Assembly (NCBI GenBank): GCA_963665115.1
Contig: OY762007.1
Span: 3,424,001-3,488,000, forward strand
Origin: an uncultured Rivularia sp.
GTDB lineage: Bacteria > Cyanobacteriota > Cyanobacteriia > Cyanobacteriales > Nostocaceae
Direction: 5' to 3'
Length of the DNA stretch: 64,000 nucleotides
Positions within the stretch are counted from its first letter, which is position 1. Each line of letters begins with the position of its first letter. This document shows positions 9,655 through 20,510 of the stretch, one piece after another. The translations under genes were made by a program, and so were the position numbers. A model generated the notes under the pieces. The model was not told the origin of the DNA. It did no database searches and saw only the letters and a list, made by a program, of their open reading frames with translations.

Positions 9655-11097
9655 ATGGAAATTTTATCTAATACACTAGCGCTGTCGCGAATGCAGTTTG
9701 CGTTGACGGCGATTTTTCATATGTTATGGCCTGTTTTAACTACGGGCTTGGGAATTTACTTAGTTGTTGTGGAAGGTTTGTGGTTAAAGACACGCAATAA
9801 AGATTACTATTTTCACGCTCGTTTTTGGTCGAAGCTTTACGTTCTCAATTTTGGGATTGGTGTAGCTAGCGGAATTCCGATGGAGTTTCAGTTTGGCACT
9901 AATTGGGGGCCGCTTTCGGAAGCTATTGGTAATTTTTTTGGCAGCGTTATCGGTTTTGAAGCTTCGTGGGCTTTTATGTTGGAAGCCGCTTTTTTAGGAA
10001 TTATGGTGTTTGGTTGGGAACGAGTTAACCCAAAAATTCACTATATGGCGACGATTTTGGTTGCTTTCGGCGCTAATCTTTCAACTTTGTTCATTCTGTC
10101 GGCAAATTCTTGGTTGCAAACTCCCGCTGGTGGAAGTTTTATTAATGGTGAGTTTGTAGTTAGCGATTATTTCAAAGCTGTATTTAATCCTTTTATGGCT
10201 GTGAGTGTTTCTCATATGTTCCTTGGGACTTTAGAAACTTCGCTGTTTGTAATTGGTGGAATCAGTGCTTGGTATATTTTCAACAAGCGGAATCCAGCCT
10301 TCTTTTCAATTGCCTTGAAGATTGCGATCGCGGTTGCAATTATTGTCGCACCTCTACAAATTTGGGTGGGGCATTTAAGCGGCGAGCAGGTTTATCATTA
10401 TCAACCTTCTAAGTTAGCGGCGATGGAAGCGCAATGGGAAACCACACCAGCGGGGGAAAGCGCTGATTGGAGTTTGTTAGCAATACCCGATGAAAAAGCG
10501 GAAAAAAATAGTTGGGAAATTACCGTTCCTAATGCTTTAGGATTTATCTTGGAATTCAAGCAGAAACTTTCGGAACCCGTGCAGGGTTTGAAGACATGGA
10601 AGCCGGAAGATAGACCGCACATGGTAGGGTTAATTTACTATGCTTTCCGTACCATGATTGGGATTGGTTTCTTCTTTGCGGGATTGATGTCATTAAGTGT
10701 AATTCAGTGGTTGCGCGGAAAGCTATCGGCAGAAAATATAACTGGGCAAAGTTGGTTGATGGTTGGTTGGATTTTCGCCGCACCGTTGGGTTATATCGCG
10801 GTAGAATCTGGATGGATAGTACGTTGCGTCGGCAGACAACCTTGGACTGTATACAACGAAATTCGTACAGTTGATGCAGTCTCAAATATTCCACCTGGAA
10901 ACGTTCTCACAACTCTTTTGTGCTTCGCAACCGTTTACAGCGTTTTATTTATAGCTGCCTTATATTTCGGTAGTCGCATCATCCGTAGAGGTCCCAACTT
11001 TAATTTACCAGTACCGGGAGTAGAAGAAAAACCCGCAGTGGGAACCACACCAGCGCAATTTATCCCCGACGAGCGCCCTGCGGAAGCACAGCAGTGA
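9655..11097 (+). CDS. cydA: Cytochrome bd quinol oxidase subunit I
   Basis: LSRMQFALTAIFH, EFQFGTNW, QPSKLAAME, GRQPW. Confidence 0.96.
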   Translation: MEILSNTLALSRMQFALTAIFHMLWPVLTTGLGIYLVVVEGLWLKTRNKDYYFHARFWSKLYVLNFGIGVASGIPMEFQFGTNWGPLSEAIGNFFGSVIGFEASWAFMLEAAFLGIMVFGWERVNPKIHYMATILVAFGANLSTLFILSANSWLQTPAGGSFINGEFVVSDYFKAVFNPFMAVSVSHMFLGTLETSLFVIGGISAWYIFNKRNPAFFSIALKIAIAVAIIVAPLQIWVGHLSGEQVYHYQPSKLAAMEAQWETTPAGESADWSLLAIPDEKAEKNSWEITVPNALGFILEFKQKLSEPVQGLKTWKPEDRPHMVGLIYYAFRTMIGIGFFFAGLMSLSVIQWLRGKLSAENITGQSWLMVGWIFAAPLGYIAVESGWIVRCVGRQPWTVYNEIRTVDAVSNIPPGNVLTTLLCFATVYSVLFIAALYFGSRIIRRGPNFNLPVPGVEEKPAVGTTPAQFIPDERPAEAQQ

Positions 11098-11217
11098 GCA
11101 GTGAAAAGTTATGAGTAGTGAGTAGTGAGTAGTGAGTAGTGAGTTAAAGACATTTGATTTTCTCCTTGTCTCCCTATCTCCTTGTCTCCCCATTTTCCCC
11201 CTCTCCCCTTAATTATC

Positions 11218-12228
11218 ATGGAAACTTTAGATTATCTCCTACCGCAGATATGGTTTGGCATATTAGCATTATTTCTGTTTCTTTATGTAATGCTTGACGG
11301 CTTTGATTTGGGAGTTGGTATTTTATCGCTGACTTCTTCAACAGAGGAGCGTCGCGGTATTTTAATGACTAGCTTAAGTAATATTTGGGATGCGAATGAA
11401 ACCTGGCTGGTTTTGATGTCAGGTAGTTTATTTGGTGCGTTCCCCTTAGCTTACGCCACAATTCTTAGCGCTCTTTATATCCCAATTTTCATTATGATTT
11501 TTGGGTTTATCTTTCGCGCTGTAGCTTTTGAATTCCGCGAAGAAGCAAGACGCAAATTCTTTTGGAATCTCTGTTTTGCAACGGGAAGTTTTATGGCAGC
11601 ATTAGGGCAAGGGTTTGCTTTAGGAGCAGTACTTTCAGGAATCAAAGTTGATGACAAAGGACATTTTATTGGTACGACTTGGGACTGGTTAAATGTCCCA
11701 TCGGTATTAGTAGCTTTAACTTTAATTCAAGGTTACGTCTTAATTGGTTCTACTTACTTAGTTTGGAAAACCGAAGGAGAATTGCAAGAAACTCACCGTA
11801 AAACAGCTAAAATAGCCGCTTTGACAACCTTAATTGGAGCAATTTTAATTACAGGTGTTACCCCTTTTATTTACGAAACTGCTCGACTTCGTTTACTTTC
11901 CAAACCCTTAGTTTATATTTTTGCCTTAATACCTTTAATAGGAATTTTCCTCATTTGGCAATTAATCAGAAGCTTGAATCAAAAAGCGGATAGAATGCCT
12001 TTTATTATCACAATACTGCTTTTTCTACTTACATTTATAGGACTAGCTTTAATCGTCTTCCCTTACATTATCCCTAGTAAGATTACCATTTATCAAGCCG
12101 CCGCCGATCCGAGTTCACTAGTAATTATGATTATATTTATCGGTGCTTTAATCCCCGTTATGTTGTTCTACAATCTTTATTCATATGTAGTTTTCCGGGG
12201 TAAAGTTACCGGGGGATATCATGGATAA
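11218..12228 (+). CDS. cydB: Cytochrome bd quinol oxidase subunit II
   Basis: LDGFDLGVGIL, WDANETWLV; follows cydA. ATG at 11218 preferred. Confidence 0.95.
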   Translation: METLDYLLPQIWFGILALFLFLYVMLDGFDLGVGILSLTSSTEERRGILMTSLSNIWDANETWLVLMSGSLFGAFPLAYATILSALYIPIFIMIFGFIFRAVAFEFREEARRKFFWNLCFATGSFMAALGQGFALGAVLSGIKVDDKGHFIGTTWDWLNVPSVLVALTLIQGYVLIGSTYLVWKTEGELQETHRKTAKIAALTTLIGAILITGVTPFIYETARLRLLSKPLVYIFALIPLIGIFLIWQLIRSLNQKADRMPFIITILLFLLTFIGLALIVFPYIIPSKITIYQAAADPSSLVIMIIFIGALIPVMLFYNLYSYVVFRGKVTGGYHG

Positions 12229-12334
12229 TTTCAACTTTTTATTGTAGGGTATGTTTTCGCGACAGCGCAACGCACCATTAAAGTAGTGCGAGCATCTTGC
12301 TCGCTAATAATATAAATAATATAAATTTCCTTTC

Positions 12335-12483
12335 TAAGTAGGTAGGCTAGAATAAACAAAACTATGTAACAGAATGTAAAACTCTTGAAGTGCTTGTGAT
12401 GATCCACACCTTCGGTGAATGCTTCGTTTCACTCCGTTCCACTCGCAATGACATAGTTATAAATTTTCCCACCCACCTACTTA
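12335..12483. mobile_element. MITE-like element with TAAGTAGGT terminal inverted repeats
   Basis: TAAGTAGGTAGG...CCCACCTACTTA, with further internal complementarity (AACTATGT/ACATAGTT). Confidence 0.6.
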
Positions 12484-12610
12484 ACTCCCAACTTTTATAA
12501 AGGAGAGGGGGAAGAGGGTGAAGAGGGGGAGATAAGGGGACAAGGAGAAAAATTTATAAATAAATAATTTGTAGTGGGAGCATCTTGCTCCCTAATTGTT
12601 TCCAATCATC

Positions 12611-12725
12611 AATGCCCAATGCCCCATCCCCAATGCCCAATGCCCCATCCCCAATGCCCAATGCCCAATGCCCAATGCCCAATGCCCCATCCCCAATGCC
12701 CAATGCCCAATGCCCTATGCCCCAT
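12611..12725. repeat. STRR heptamer tract (CCCAATG/CCCCATC)n
   Basis: Direct reading of tandem 7-mers. Confidence 0.9.
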
Positions 12726-12727
12726 CG

Positions 12728-13384
12728 TCAACCCCTAACCCCTAACTGCTCACTCTTAACTTGCCGCAACTTCCCAATCCAATCACTAATCCCATCCTTA
12801 TTGAGACGATAAGCTAAAGGATGAGCAATTAACATTGCGGTACTTTCATATAAAGTGGCAATTTCAACCAAACCATTTTCTTTTAAAGTTTTCCCTGTGG
12901 AAACTATATCAACAATCGCTTCCGACATTCCAGTGATTGGCCCCAACTCTACAGAACCAGATAGCGGTATGATTTCTACAGGAAAATCTAAACTTTGAAA
13001 ATAATCGCGAGCGCAATTTACGTATTTAGATGCAACTCTGCAATCAGCTGGTAAATCTAAAGGTGATTTATAGGCGCTCGAAGCTTTCACGGCTACAGAC
13101 ATCCGACAATAACCAAACCCTAAATCAACTAAGCGGGCAATTTGCGGCTTTTTCTCTTGCAGCACATCTTCACCAACAATACCCAACTGAGCCTGCCCGT
13201 ATTCCACATAAACGGGTACATCCTGCGCTCTTACCTTTAGCCCCCTAGCTTTTCCGCTAGCATCCAATATTTGCAACTGACGATTTTCTTCTGCTAAAAA
13301 AGCACTAAAATCCAAACCTACAGATTTTAGTAAGCGGATACTCTCTTTTAAAAGTCCACCTTTTGGTAGTGCAACGGTTAGCAT
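12728..13384 (-). CDS. hisG: ATP phosphoribosyltransferase, short (HisZ-dependent) form
   Basis: [36 protein letters not shown]; 218 aa. Confidence 0.96.
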   Translation of the reverse strand: MLTVALPKGGLLKESIRLLKSVGLDFSAFLAEENRQLQILDASGKARGLKVRAQDVPVYVEYGQAQLGIVGEDVLQEKKPQIARLVDLGFGYCRMSVAVKASSAYKSPLDLPADCRVASKYVNCARDYFQSLDFPVEIIPLSGSVELGPITGMSEAIVDIVSTGKTLKENGLVEIATLYESTAMLIAHPLAYRLNKDGISDWIGKLRQVKSEQLGVRG

Positions 13385-13732
13385 GATTTTGGATTTTAGA
13401 TTTTAGATTTTGGATTGGAAAGTTAAGAGTGAGGAGTTAAGAGTGAGGAGTTAAGAGTTAGGAATTAAAATCTCTCCTTTTCGCCTTTTCTCCCCCTCTC
13501 CCCATCTCTATTTAACCTACCATTTATTTAGTATCAGATATATTTATTAATCCAAAATTTGTCTTGGAAAGTTTTGGGAAGAGAAGTTGCGTGCGGAGGT
13601 TCCCGCAGTACGAGCAAACTAAGCCGCACCTTACGGTGGGGAAGAAAATCTACACCGCAAACTTTCCGCAAAACAAACGTATCCGTTGTTAAAAACGTCT
13701 GTTGTTAAAATCCAAAATCCAAAATCAGAAAG

Positions 13733-14422
13733 ATGCGAATATTGATAGTTGACGACGAAACCGAACTCACCAACCCTTTGACTCGCTTATTAACTCGCGA
13801 AGGTTACAGCGTTGATGCAGCTTTTGATGGTACAACTGGCAGCGAACTTGTTAAAAAAGGTAATTACGATTTATTTATTTTAGACTGGATGCTTCCGGGA
13901 AAAACTGGTTTAGAAATTTGTCAGCAATTACGACAGCAAGGCATTACAACTCCTGTATTATTTCTAACTGCAAAAGATACTCTAGATGACCGAGTACAAG
14001 GTTTAGATGCAGGTGCTGATGATTACTTAGTAAAGCCTTTTGAATTGCGGGAATTACTAGCAAGAGTTAGGGCTTTATTGCGGCGTGCTGGTGTGGAAGA
14101 ATATGCCCATACAAATAAAAGAACTGTTGTAGAAGATTTAGAATTAGATTCTCAAAATCAAATCGCTTATCGTCAAGGAAGAATAATTGAATTATCAGAA
14201 AAAGAAAGCCAGTTGTTGAAATATCTAATGGAAAATCCTGGTACACTTCTAACTCATAAACAAATCATGGAAAATTTATGGGAAGAAGACGAACAACCCA
14301 GCAGTAATGTTATTGCTGCGCTAGTTCGTCTTCTAAGAAGAAAGATTGAAATGAAGGATGAAACGCAATTAATTCACAGCGTTTATGGAAAAGGTTATCG
14401 GTTTGGAGTTGGTGAAATGTGA
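13733..14422 (+). CDS. rppA: OmpR-family response regulator (RppA-like)
   Basis: Receiver LDWMLPG/GADDYLVKPF plus winged helix VYGKGYRF. Family is certain, gene name less so. Confidence 0.75.
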   Translation: MRILIVDDETELTNPLTRLLTREGYSVDAAFDGTTGSELVKKGNYDLFILDWMLPGKTGLEICQQLRQQGITTPVLFLTAKDTLDDRVQGLDAGADDYLVKPFELRELLARVRALLRRAGVEEYAHTNKRTVVEDLELDSQNQIAYRQGRIIELSEKESQLLKYLMENPGTLLTHKQIMENLWEEDEQPSSNVIAALVRLLRRKIEMKDETQLIHSVYGKGYRFGVGEM

Positions 14423-14425
14423 TTT

Positions 14426-15949
14426 TTAATTAACTTTCACAACCTCTTTAATAGAATCATTTTCTACAGATAAAGAATTATTCCCGCGTAACTGCTGCCG
14501 AATTTTTTGATAAGCAGATGGTTTTATTCTTTCCATCATTCCTTGGAGTGGTTTTGCACCTTCCCCAAAAATATTGAAACCCATATCTTCAATCAAATCT
14601 TCCAAATAATGAAAGCTAAAACGATTTACACAAGTACCGGGAGCAATCGCCGGTGCTAAAGTAGCTTTATCCCAACTCAAATGTTCTTCTATTTCGGCGT
14701 GCATTTGGGATGATGTAGGTAAATCTAAATTTCCTTTCGCATATTCTGCTAACCACCAAGCTCCAACTTCAGATGTAAGCTGACAAAAGAAACTAGAGCT
14801 ATATCCAACAAAACCCATATTTGGAACACCAGGATTAATTAAATTACGGTAAAGATGAAAACAGCCTTGCTCATCTTTAACTAAACGACGATATTTCTCT
14901 GATAAAAAAGGTATCTCTTGACGAAATCCGGTACCAAAAACTACTACATTAGCCTGCAATTTCTCTCCTGAATCAAGCTCTATACCATCAGAAACATATC
15001 TAGCAATACTCGCTTGTTTCGCTTTAATTTTCCCAGATTTTACCGATTCATAAAAATTATCTACGGCTAGATTTACATTACAACTAAGATTTACATTCAT
15101 TAAATCTGTAGGTAACATTTTGCAAGCATCAAGATTAAACTGCTTGCGTAAAATTAATTCATTTAGCCGCCAAAAACCCCATACCAAAGGTTTACCTACA
15201 GTATGAAGTATTTTCTCAACTCCTTTCCGTTTACGATAAGGCAGCCAAAGTTCTGAAAAACGTGTCATCAAAATATCTTCAAAATGGATTTTATTAAAGA
15301 AAAATTTGGGAATCTTCCAGAAAGCACGACGGAATAATAAAGTTGAATCTTTAGCGTTGTTTGCAGCAAATGTCGCAATGTCGCAAGCTGATTTACCAAA
15401 ACCCACAACTACTACTTGCTTATCTTTAATTAAAGCAGCATCATTACATTCACTTGAATGCAGCACTTTCCCTCCTGCTGCAATAAACTCTTCCTTACCA
15501 GGAAATGCGGGAATTTTCGGATTATAAAGTAAGCCGTTGCAAACTAAAACAAAATCAAATTCATGCTTTTCTTGTTTGCCGTCTTTTTTAAGACTAACTA
15601 CCCAAACTGCTTTTTCCCCTGTCTTCCTGGAAATATCGGTAACTTCTGTTTGAAAACTAATTCTTTCGCTAACTCCAAAATTATCTGCATAAGACTGCAA
15701 ATATCTGCGTACTTGCTCGCCGTTTGGCCATTCTGGATAATCTTCCGGCATTGGGTAATCAGTAAAGCAGTATGTATGGCGGCTATTTTGAGTTTTCACA
15801 TCTGGATAAGCTCTCGACTTTTCCCACACACCACCAAGGCTCGGTTTTTTCTCAAATACCGTAACCTCGAAACCATCTTCTAAGAAAGTCTTAGCCGCGA
15901 CTAAACCGCTGATACCAGCCCCAATTACGCAAACTTTTTTTATATTCAT
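14426..15949 (-). CDS. Flavin-containing monooxygenase
   Basis: GAGISG, GGVW, FMO motif F.G..LHSS, GFGKSACD, FGTGF. Confidence 0.92.
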   Translation of the reverse strand: MNIKKVCVIGAGISGLVAAKTFLEDGFEVTVFEKKPSLGGVWEKSRAYPDVKTQNSRHTYCFTDYPMPEDYPEWPNGEQVRRYLQSYADNFGVSERISFQTEVTDISRKTGEKAVWVVSLKKDGKQEKHEFDFVLVCNGLLYNPKIPAFPGKEEFIAAGGKVLHSSECNDAALIKDKQVVVVGFGKSACDIATFAANNAKDSTLLFRRAFWKIPKFFFNKIHFEDILMTRFSELWLPYRKRKGVEKILHTVGKPLVWGFWRLNELILRKQFNLDACKMLPTDLMNVNLSCNVNLAVDNFYESVKSGKIKAKQASIARYVSDGIELDSGEKLQANVVVFGTGFRQEIPFLSEKYRRLVKDEQGCFHLYRNLINPGVPNMGFVGYSSSFFCQLTSEVGAWWLAEYAKGNLDLPTSSQMHAEIEEHLSWDKATLAPAIAPGTCVNRFSFHYLEDLIEDMGFNIFGEGAKPLQGMMERIKPSAYQKIRQQLRGNNSLSVENDSIKEVVKVN

Positions 15950-16188
15950 ATTTTTGATCTACGCAAAATTAGTATCTGTCTCACAAAAGTGAACTATGCG
16001 ACAGAGATAGTATTTTTACGTATATTACACTATACTTCATTATCCCTTGATATTTATCTAAGTGTATTTAATGAAGTTTTAGTGAACTATTTTTTGTTGA
16101 TTGTGTTTGGAGATAAGGCGATCGCACTTCTTGAAATAGCATTCAAAGCTGCTAGCAAGACACACAGAGACACGATAACCTTGCGTTT

Positions 16189-17205
16189 CTACAAAACCCG
16201 ATTAATCTCCTTCTGCATTTCTTCTCTCAACTGTTGGGCTTTTTGATAAAATTCTCTGCGATTATTACAATCATCAACCTCAACCAAAGGCTGAATAAAA
16301 TAATTTAATTTACTTCTCCCAGCCCAAACTCCCATACTGGGAAAAAGAGCAAACCAAGGAATTAATGGTGAAGCTGGTAAAAAAGGTAAACCAAATAATC
16401 TTTGCAGCCAGCTAATGTTTAAAGTATAAGGATGCAGCTTTTCGCTACCAATACAAATAACGGGTAAAATCGGAACTTGATATTTTTGACTTAACTGCAC
16501 AAAACTAATATCAAATTTTTGTAGCTGATAGCGTTTAAACCAACCTTTTCCAGGTCCCCTTAAACCTTCGGGAGCATATAATAAAGTCTTTTTTTGTTTA
16601 ACTGCGGTTTCAAAATCATCAGACTTTGCTTTGACACCACCTAAAACTTGCGACCATCCCGATGGTAGCCACCAATTTATCCAAGGATGTTCAAATAAGT
16701 CAACTCCAGCTAAAGGATATACTACCCATTCTTGCTGTTTGCTCAGTAAATATCCCAAAGTCAAAATGTCCCAAGGAAAACTCATTCCCGCATGATTCAT
16801 CGCTACAATCATTTGTCCATGCTGCGGCAAGTTTTCGATTTGTATCAAGGTACCACGATAATAATATTCAATAATTGGCTGTAAAATTTCTTCCCGAAAA
16901 GCAATTTGATAATTCGGATTAAATTCAGTTACTTGCTCGCGTGGAAAACGACAACCTAAGCGTAACCAACGAATTAACAACGCTAAATAAAATCCCAAGG
17001 GAATTAAGAATAAAATATATTCCAACCAGTTCCAACCATCTGGATCGTTATGATAATGTTGCCAGTGACGGTTAAATAAAATTAGCCAACCCGGAGGATA
17101 CCACAGGCAAAACCAATCAAACCAGCCAAACTTAAATCCCTCAACTAATTTTTCTTCGAGTTTAGAGTTTAAAAGGTTTTGTGAATGTTGCTGAATCACA
17201 GGCAA
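16189..17205 (-). CDS. PlsC-superfamily acyltransferase
   Basis: NHAGMSFPWD and YAPEG motifs. Confidence 0.8.
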   Translation of the reverse strand: MPVIQQHSQNLLNSKLEEKLVEGFKFGWFDWFCLWYPPGWLILFNRHWQHYHNDPDGWNWLEYILFLIPLGFYLALLIRWLRLGCRFPREQVTEFNPNYQIAFREEILQPIIEYYYRGTLIQIENLPQHGQMIVAMNHAGMSFPWDILTLGYLLSKQQEWVVYPLAGVDLFEHPWINWWLPSGWSQVLGGVKAKSDDFETAVKQKKTLLYAPEGLRGPGKGWFKRYQLQKFDISFVQLSQKYQVPILPVICIGSEKLHPYTLNISWLQRLFGLPFLPASPLIPWFALFPSMGVWAGRSKLNYFIQPLVEVDDCNNRREFYQKAQQLREEMQKEINRVL

Positions 17206-17355
17206 TGGTATATTTCTACAACTGGATTAATAAAATCCTAGCTGAATTGTATGGTAATTAACATCATGCTGCGGAGGTAAAATACGCGAATTCATACCAG
17301 AATTCCGCAACGTTCAATTTTTGGTAGATTAAAGGTGTAGAATTCTGTCTCAATT

Positions 17356-18246
17356 ATGTCGGATAAGCCTTTAGTTGTGACCGAAGAAGATGAAATAAAC
17401 CAACTTTTTCCGCGTGAGCCAATTCTCACGAGTCAAAATTCTGGGTGGGATGATATATTCTTCACGTATATGTGTCAGCCTGCATACGAAACCCCCGAAG
17501 TTTGTACTCCCCTCGCACACAGCATTACTATTTTTACTCATGGCAACTACGTTATTCACGCAGATAGATCGTTAGATGGGCATTTTCATCGCGACTCAGT
17601 AGTTGGTGGAGACATGGTAATTGCTCCTGTAAATATCGGTCAAAAAGTTGCTTGGGATAAAGAAGGAGATTTTATTGTCTTAGGTATTGAAACGAAAACT
17701 TTTGCCCGTGCTATTGACGAATCGAGACAATCAGAGCAAGTTCAATTAATACCACATTTCTCTACACCAGATCCGTTAGTTTTACAAATTGGACTTGCAA
17801 TCAAAAATGCTTTACAAAATAATCCATCGGGAAGCCGTTTGTATGCCGAGACAATGGTAAATGCTTTAAGCGTACATTTATTACAATATTATTCGGCGCG
17901 AAAACCGAAAATCAAAGAGTATACAAATGGTTTATCAAAACGTCAGTTAAATCGAGTTATTGAATATATCAGAAATAATTTAGATCGAGATTTAGGTTTA
18001 AATGAATTGGCAAATTTATTACATATGAGTTCGCATTATTTCTGTCATTTGTTTAAGCAGTCAATGAAAATGCCACCCCATCAATATGTAATTCAAACTC
18101 GCGTCAATCGTGCCAAGGAATTATTACTTACAAGAAAGTATAGTATTGCTCAAGTTGCTTTTATGGTTGGTTTTTCCAATCAAAGCCATTTAAATCGGCA
18201 TTTTAAAAAATTAATTGGTGTAACTCCGGGGAAAATCGGTAAATAA
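17356..18246 (+). CDS. AraC-family transcriptional regulator
   Basis: C-terminal double HTH (FCHLFKQS, VGFSNQSHLNRHFKK). Confidence 0.93.
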   Translation: MSDKPLVVTEEDEINQLFPREPILTSQNSGWDDIFFTYMCQPAYETPEVCTPLAHSITIFTHGNYVIHADRSLDGHFHRDSVVGGDMVIAPVNIGQKVAWDKEGDFIVLGIETKTFARAIDESRQSEQVQLIPHFSTPDPLVLQIGLAIKNALQNNPSGSRLYAETMVNALSVHLLQYYSARKPKIKEYTNGLSKRQLNRVIEYIRNNLDRDLGLNELANLLHMSSHYFCHLFKQSMKMPPHQYVIQTRVNRAKELLLTRKYSIAQVAFMVGFSNQSHLNRHFKKLIGVTPGKIGK

Positions 18247-18351
18247 TAAATAAAAGGTTTGTAGTAAGGACTTCAGTCCTTTAATTAAGAGCTAAAGCCA
18301 CTTACCACTAACCTTTGATTAGTATTTGATTAGTATTAGTTGACATATTAT

Positions 18352-18460
18352 CTGGCGATTAAAAATCGCTACTACACAAACGAAGTCCACCTCCGTGGAC
18401 TTTATAAAACAACCCGCGCAGGCGGGTTTTGCCTGTGTAGCCGCGATTTTTAATCGCCAG
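18352..18460. repeat. REP-like cruciform palindromic element
   Basis: CTGGCGATTAAAAATCGC ... GCGATTTTTAATCGCCAG enclosing GTCCAC/GTGGAC and ACCCGC/GCGGGT hairpins. Confidence 0.75.
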
Positions 18461-18719
18461 GTGAGAATCAAATTTAACTTTTAGCATCAATGTATAATCT
18501 ACCTATTTTCTCACATCCAAATTAGGATTGCTAAATAAATTGGTAGTAACGCCGTCTTCGCCTCTGAATTCCGAAATATGATGCGAAGACGACGCTACTA
18601 AGAACCTATGAAAAATACCCCAAAAACCTACAAAAAATCGGACGAATCTACAAGACAAAGAGAAGGGCGATCGCCATATTAGGAAGTAAAAGCAATTAAA
18701 TGTTAGATGGTATTTCCTA

Positions 18720-19904
18720 ATGAGCAGAATCGAAACCAAAACCGAACCGATGACGATTAATTTCGGTCCCCAACATCCTTCGATGCATGGATGTTTCCGA
18801 ATTATTGTCACTCTCGATGGCGAAGACGTGATTGATTGCGAACCCGTTTTAGGATATCTGCACCGGGGAATGGAAAAAATCGCCGAAAATCGCACCAATA
18901 TCATGTACGTTCCTTACGTCAGCCGTTGGGATTACTACGGTGGAATGTTTAATGAAGCAGTTACGGTTAATGCTGTGGAGAAATTAGCTGACGTGCAGAT
19001 TCCTAAAAGAGCCAGCTATATCCGAGTCATAATGCTGGAATTAGCGCGAATAGTCAATCATTTACTGTGGTTGGGACCTTATATCATGGATATGGGCGCA
19101 CAAACTCCGTTTTTCTACACGCTTCGAGATAGAGAATTGATTCTTGATTTATTTGAAGCTGCTACGGGATACCGGATGGTGAACAACAACTATTTTCGTA
19201 TTGGTGGTGTTGCTGTCGATTTACCTTATGGTTGGGTAATTAAGTGTAAGGAATTTTGCGATTATTTCTTACCAAAGATAGATGAATACGAAAGACTAAT
19301 TACTAACAATCCGATCTTTCGCCGTAGAGTCGAAGGAATAGGAGTTCTCAGTCGCGAAGAAGCAATTAATTGGGGTATTTCTGGCCCGATGTTGCGGGCT
19401 TCTGGAGTAAAGTGGGATTTACGTAAGGTTGATCGTTACGAATGCTATGACGATTTTGACTGGGAAATAAAGTGGGATAAAAGTGGCGATTGTTTGGCTC
19501 GTTATGTGGTTAGAGTTGGAGAAATGCGCGAGTCTGTAAGTATTATTAAACAAGCCATTGCAGGTTTACCCGGTGGTGCTTACGAAAACTTGGAAGCCAA
19601 ACGCATGGCAGAAGGTAAAAAGTCAGAATGGAACGATTTTGATTACCAATATATTGCTAAAAAAGTTGCACCTACATTCAAGATTCCCAAAGGCGAACAT
19701 TACGTCAGAGTCGAATCTGGTAGAGGAGAATTAGGAATTTATTTAGTTGGTGACGACAATATGTTTCCTTGGCGTTGGAAAATTCGTCCCGCAGATTTCA
19801 ATAATTTACAAGTTTTACCAGAATTAATTAAAGGTGTAAAAGTCGCGGATATTTTCGTAATTTTGGGAAGTATTGATGTGGTGATGGGTTCTGTAGATCG
19901 GTGA
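18720..19904 (+). CDS. ndhH: NAD(P)H-quinone oxidoreductase subunit H
   Basis: [26 protein letters not shown]-terminal [12 protein letters not shown]; 394 aa. Confidence 0.95.
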   Translation: MSRIETKTEPMTINFGPQHPSMHGCFRIIVTLDGEDVIDCEPVLGYLHRGMEKIAENRTNIMYVPYVSRWDYYGGMFNEAVTVNAVEKLADVQIPKRASYIRVIMLELARIVNHLLWLGPYIMDMGAQTPFFYTLRDRELILDLFEAATGYRMVNNNYFRIGGVAVDLPYGWVIKCKEFCDYFLPKIDEYERLITNNPIFRRRVEGIGVLSREEAINWGISGPMLRASGVKWDLRKVDRYECYDDFDWEIKWDKSGDCLARYVVRVGEMRESVSIIKQAIAGLPGGAYENLEAKRMAEGKKSEWNDFDYQYIAKKVAPTFKIPKGEHYVRVESGRGELGIYLVGDDNMFPWRWKIRPADFNNLQVLPELIKGVKVADIFVILGSIDVVMGSVDR

Positions 19905-20042
19905 TTGGGGATTGGGAATGGGGCATTGGGCATTGAATAACTGTTCACTGCTCACTGATTATTGCTTCTATATCGAAAGGATTATAAGGTCGAATTGCTT
20001 TCATCGTAGTTTAGGCTTGGGTTTGTAGGATTGTAGATAACT

Positions 20043-20072
20043 GCGATACCTTCGGTGAGCTTCGCTTAACGC
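20043..20072. mobile_element. SDR5-like small hairpin insertion splitting a HIP1 site
   Basis: GCGAT[ACCTTCGGTGAGCTTCGCTTAA]CGC; shares TAAGCGAAGCT (reverse strand) with the insert at 60253. Confidence 0.65.
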
Positions 20073-20211
20073 CATTATCTCAAAATCTTTTCACTACTAA
20101 TAGGAATAATTGTACTACTTGAGCAGTTCTACCCAAAGTATTACCGACAACCTAACCTCAGAGCGACAAATATTAGAATTATTCTTGATATTGTTATAAA
20201 TGTAAGGAACA

Positions 20212-20422
20212 GAGCAACGCACTGGATGGGGGTTATGCCGCAGTGACCCATTATCGAATACCGAAGAAGAACGATTTGTCAGGTATTCGGACGGTGTGAA
20301 TAATTTAATAACCTTGGACGTTATAGAGTTTTTATCGTTTCCTCTGTTTCGTCGCCATCGAGGGGAGGCGCAACCCTCCGTCAGAGCGGTCTTAGATGGC
20401 GAACGTCCAACATGGTTTGCTC
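20212..20422 (+). ncRNA. Candidate structured ncRNA, copy 1 (family unidentified)
   Basis: Ends pair (GAGCAA/TTGCTC), with several internal stems. 12 differences from copy 2, and those in stems mostly keep pairing through G-U. Confidence 0.6.
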
Positions 20423-20510
20423 GTATTTCCAAATGCAATTATATCATTTGATCGACTTGCAACTCTTAATTGAGTTATGCTCCGGATTTAGATAATCCGA
20501 GGTTGGTTAA

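Noticed and set aside
12585..12812. ORFs made of STRR sequence (also 11005-11193, 42116-42310, 61436-61801)
   Set aside because: Translations of heptamer repeats (MPNAPSP, LLTTHYS, PTPYS); not genes.
20115..20438. 107-aa minus-strand ORF over repeat copy 1
   Set aside because: The equivalent frame in copy 2 has an upstream TGA and no start, substitutions are a mix of synonymous and non-synonymous, and composition is unconvincing. Structure conservation explains the repeat better.
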